The position numbers and the translations under genes were made by a program. The notes under the pieces are model-generated. The model was not told the origin of the DNA, did no database searches, and saw only the letters and a program-made list of their open reading frames with translations. Of a stretch of 35,715 nt of DNA, positions 32,621 through 35,715 are shown piece after piece. Positions within the stretch are counted from its first letter, which is position 1; every line of letters starts with the position of its first letter. This stretch comes from Octopus bimaculoides (taxonomy: Eukaryota), in contig NC_068983.1 of the NCBI RefSeq assembly GCF_001194135.2, forward strand, positions 76,588,569 to 76,624,283. Reading direction: 5' to 3'.

Positions 32621-35278
32621 CAAGATTCTTCGCCTAGTATCTGAGCTGTGTTGCAGTACTTAGGCACTCATATCTCCTTCACTTGTACTCTTCTCATCAA
32701 ATCCCACAGGCTTCCCAATAATTCTTACAACTGCATGTATTTACTTAATGTTCCATGTACAACAACCTCAACGAACCGTGCACACCCTCGATTTTACTGG
32801 CATCGAAGGCTAGTGGTCAACACGAGCACAGTACCTCCCTCTACACCTGAACAATTAGAATACTTTCACAAATTATTCTTGGATCCAACTCTATGGAACG
32901 AGTCATTTGCAAAGAGGGCATTCAGTAATGTGTACAGTAATACCATTCTAAATTAATCCCACTCAAGAATATAAAGCTGTGAGATAAAGACTCGAACATT
33001 CAAAGTTTAGACGAAACGCTGTTTGCTCAACGTAGTAATGTCAACATATACATTACAAGTTGCACTTGCTCGTTGTCGATGGATGTTCTTATCTATTTTA
33101 GGCATTTGTTAATTTAAAGTTGATAACTGAATGTCAGTATGGGATTTTGTAGCATTATTGACATCTATCCGAATTTGTTTGAATTTCATTTCGGTGCATT
33201 GAACGCTTAATACTATCTTCTGAGTGAATTATGTTAACCTTTTTTTATTGAAAATATATGCTAAGAACGAAAGCAATTCCATTTTAAACTGCAGGCATAT
33301 TTAAGGTTACAAATTTTATGATAAAAGACATTTTAACCCATGGTCAGTAGCAATGTCAGTAAGCTTCTTTGTGTGCATTTGTTACCTAATTTGACGTTCT
33401 TTACTTACGACGCTGGTAATTCGATATATATTGCCAGGTATTTGAAGCCCATCTAATGTAAGTTGTTGAATAAAGAGCCGGATAAAATGTTTAACATACA
33501 GATGTAAAATCATGAGCAACAGGAATTCCATTCTTATTTTATCCATTTTTGCATATCAGATTGTGTTCATACATTGAAAAGATATTGCTTTAAAGAACAA
33601 TTTCGAAAGGAAGGTGACATATTTTTTTTAAAAATAAAGTATTCGCAAATTGTTACGAACATATCTAGAATACAAAACTCGGTTGTGGTCTTGTATCATG
33701 TTATTGTCGCTTTTTAATTCCATGATAGGACTGAAAGAGCTCCATTTATGCTCAACATTTCCCCTTTTCAGTATCTATAGGCTTACAATAATTAATGTGT
33801 TCTTCATTCACTAAAGAAATTGGTGTGATTTGCAGTACTAAAATAAATATATAAATAAACATTTCTTCTATCGCTTCCACGGTCAACTTTAACTTGTCGT
33901 ATCCATAGTTACTGGTCTAATTTATGCATAAGCGAATGAGTTTCGTGAATACGAAACGCGAAGAATACCACAGACTGAACATAAATTTAATACTTTTTCG
34001 AAACTTGCCAACTCATTTAATAGGAGGAATAACCCTGTCATATCACTGTATATTTCCTTGTAGTAATAGGAATGACGACGTAAAAACTGCTTGCTTTAAT
34101 ACAATACTATGCAAATTTACATATTCATTGAACTTCCCATTTTGCACTAATGATATGTCAAGCCATAAATTATCCATCCCTCGGATATTTTGGAAAATAT
34201 CAAATATCTAGCGTGTATCTAGCGTGTTTCTAGCGTGGCTAAGAGGCTCAATTGGAAACTGGATATTAAAATGAACACAAAATATAAGTAAATTTAAGTA
34301 AGGCACGAGATGAAAATCTACCATAATGCTAAATCAGGATATAAGAAGTTAAAAAATCTCACAAGTGTCAAAAATAAAGATGACGCTTATAAACAATAAG
34401 GAAAAGAAAATTCTCACTAAAATAACACGAAACGCTTTTTCTCTTGTTGCTCAGAAATAGTATTTAATGGAAAGAAATCACGGATAGTAACATGTTTTAG
34501 TTTGTGATAAACAGAAACTGAAAAACAAATATGAATATCATAGACATTAGTGGAGGAAATTTGTAAAAAAAAATAAAGTAGAAAAATGCCACTATAAAAC
34601 AAAAACGAAATGGTGAAATATTTTGTTTAAGATGAATAGCGAGGATTAATTTAACTTAAATGACAAGATATTTCAGCCGAAACAAAAAATATCAAGTGTA
34701 GAATAAAAAAGCACAAGCAAGTCTATAATTTATTTCTGAAACACATCAAAATATGAATTTCCAGATATGACCTTAAGCAAGTCAAGCAAATGAGGGAAGT
34801 GGAGAGAAAAAACTGCTTCCTATATAGAAAAGAAAATATAAATGTATATCAATAAAATAATATGGACTGTGTAATCGTCAGTTTGTGCGACTGGTCAGGC
34901 ATACAATTATTACTGATTAGAGTTCAAGTGGAAAGACATAGAAATACACGGAAAATTTTTTTCATTTCGTATCACACTGAATGTGTATTCAAATTGCAAC
35001 GTTTACATACACACATGAACAAACAGCCTACTTTGGTTTCGGACATCTACTATTGAAACTTTTGTACACAACCATGATGTTAAGTTGATATTTAGTCAAA
35101 TTCTCAGTTTAACAACCTTGGATATATTTTGCTTTCTGTTATATTTCGGAAATGTAGTATCTATATTTTATTTCTGTTATCTGGCAAAAAAAAAAAAAAA
35201 AAAAAAAGAAAATTGAGGCAGAAACAAATGATAACAATGCATAAAAATGAATAGAAAACGTAGAACTTTATGGGAATA

Positions 35279-35612
35279 ATTGTTGTTGTTGTTGTTGGCA
35301 CTCCGTCGCTTACGACGTCAGGGTTCCAGTTGACCCGATCAACGGAACAGCCTACTCGTGAAATTAAAGTGCAAGTGGCTGCTGAGCACTCCACAGACAC
35401 GCGTACCCTTAACGTAGTTCTAGGGGATATACTGGTGGGAGGAAGTTGTGGTGAAAGAGTACAGCAGGGTTCGCCACCATCCCCTGCCGGAGCCTCGTGG
35501 AGCTTTAGGTGGTTTTCGCTCAATAAACACTCACAACGCCCGGTCTGGGAATTGAAACCGCGATCCTATGACCGCGAGTCCGCCGCCCTAACCACTGGGC
35601 CATTGCGCCTCC
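35279..35612 (-). mobile_element. Apparently full-length tRNA-derived SINE with (CAA)n tail
   Basis: Head GGAGGCGCAATGGCCCAGTGGTTAGGGCGGCGGACTCGCGG...; A-box at 35592-35602, B-box-like GGTTTCAATTCC at 35548-35559; ~330-bp GC-rich body; (CAA)n tail at ~35280-35297. Confidence 0.9.
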
Positions 35613-35715
35613 ACATGTGAATAATAACTAGGAGGTTAAGATCTCATAAATTAAGTAATACCATTTAAAATGAGATTGACAGTCATATTGTTGCTATTTA
35701 GTATGCGATCAGACC

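Noticed and set aside
32648-32956. 102-aa plus-strand ORF
   Set aside because: No identifiable domain; it sits beside LINE debris and may be a relic.
35535-35612. tRNA-like sequence
   Set aside because: It is the head of a SINE: the anticodon and acceptor stems do not pair as in a tRNA, and it continues into the SINE body.

Overview
This is AT-rich, microsatellite-dense animal DNA from a gapped draft assembly: nine N-gaps total 3,351 bp, and most are flanked by simple repeats. The SINE families and overall composition look like Octopus/cephalopod to me, but that is recognition, not a database result. I find no intact, nameable protein-coding gene. Most ORFs in the supplied track come from N-gaps, microsatellites or decayed transposons. 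The window is mainly a transposon graveyard. It holds maT-type (DD37D) and classical mariner relics, a Tc1/mariner-type MITE with a partial second copy, and an RTE LINE 3' end with three C2H2 zinc-finger remnants. It also holds a CR1-like relic, R4/Dong-clade RLE-LINE fragments abutting a TAG/TAA tract, and three tRNA-derived SINEs. The most coherent structure is a Penelope-like element at 15679-17212. It has a decayed RT ORF start, a candidate retained intron, an inverted pseudo-LTR and a minimal type I hammerhead ribozyme motif. Other notable items are a 284-bp spacer-less palindrome, a TATA/CCAAT/Inr promoter candidate, two candidate orphan minus-strand exons and a diverged ~150-bp tandem repeat with splice-like signals.
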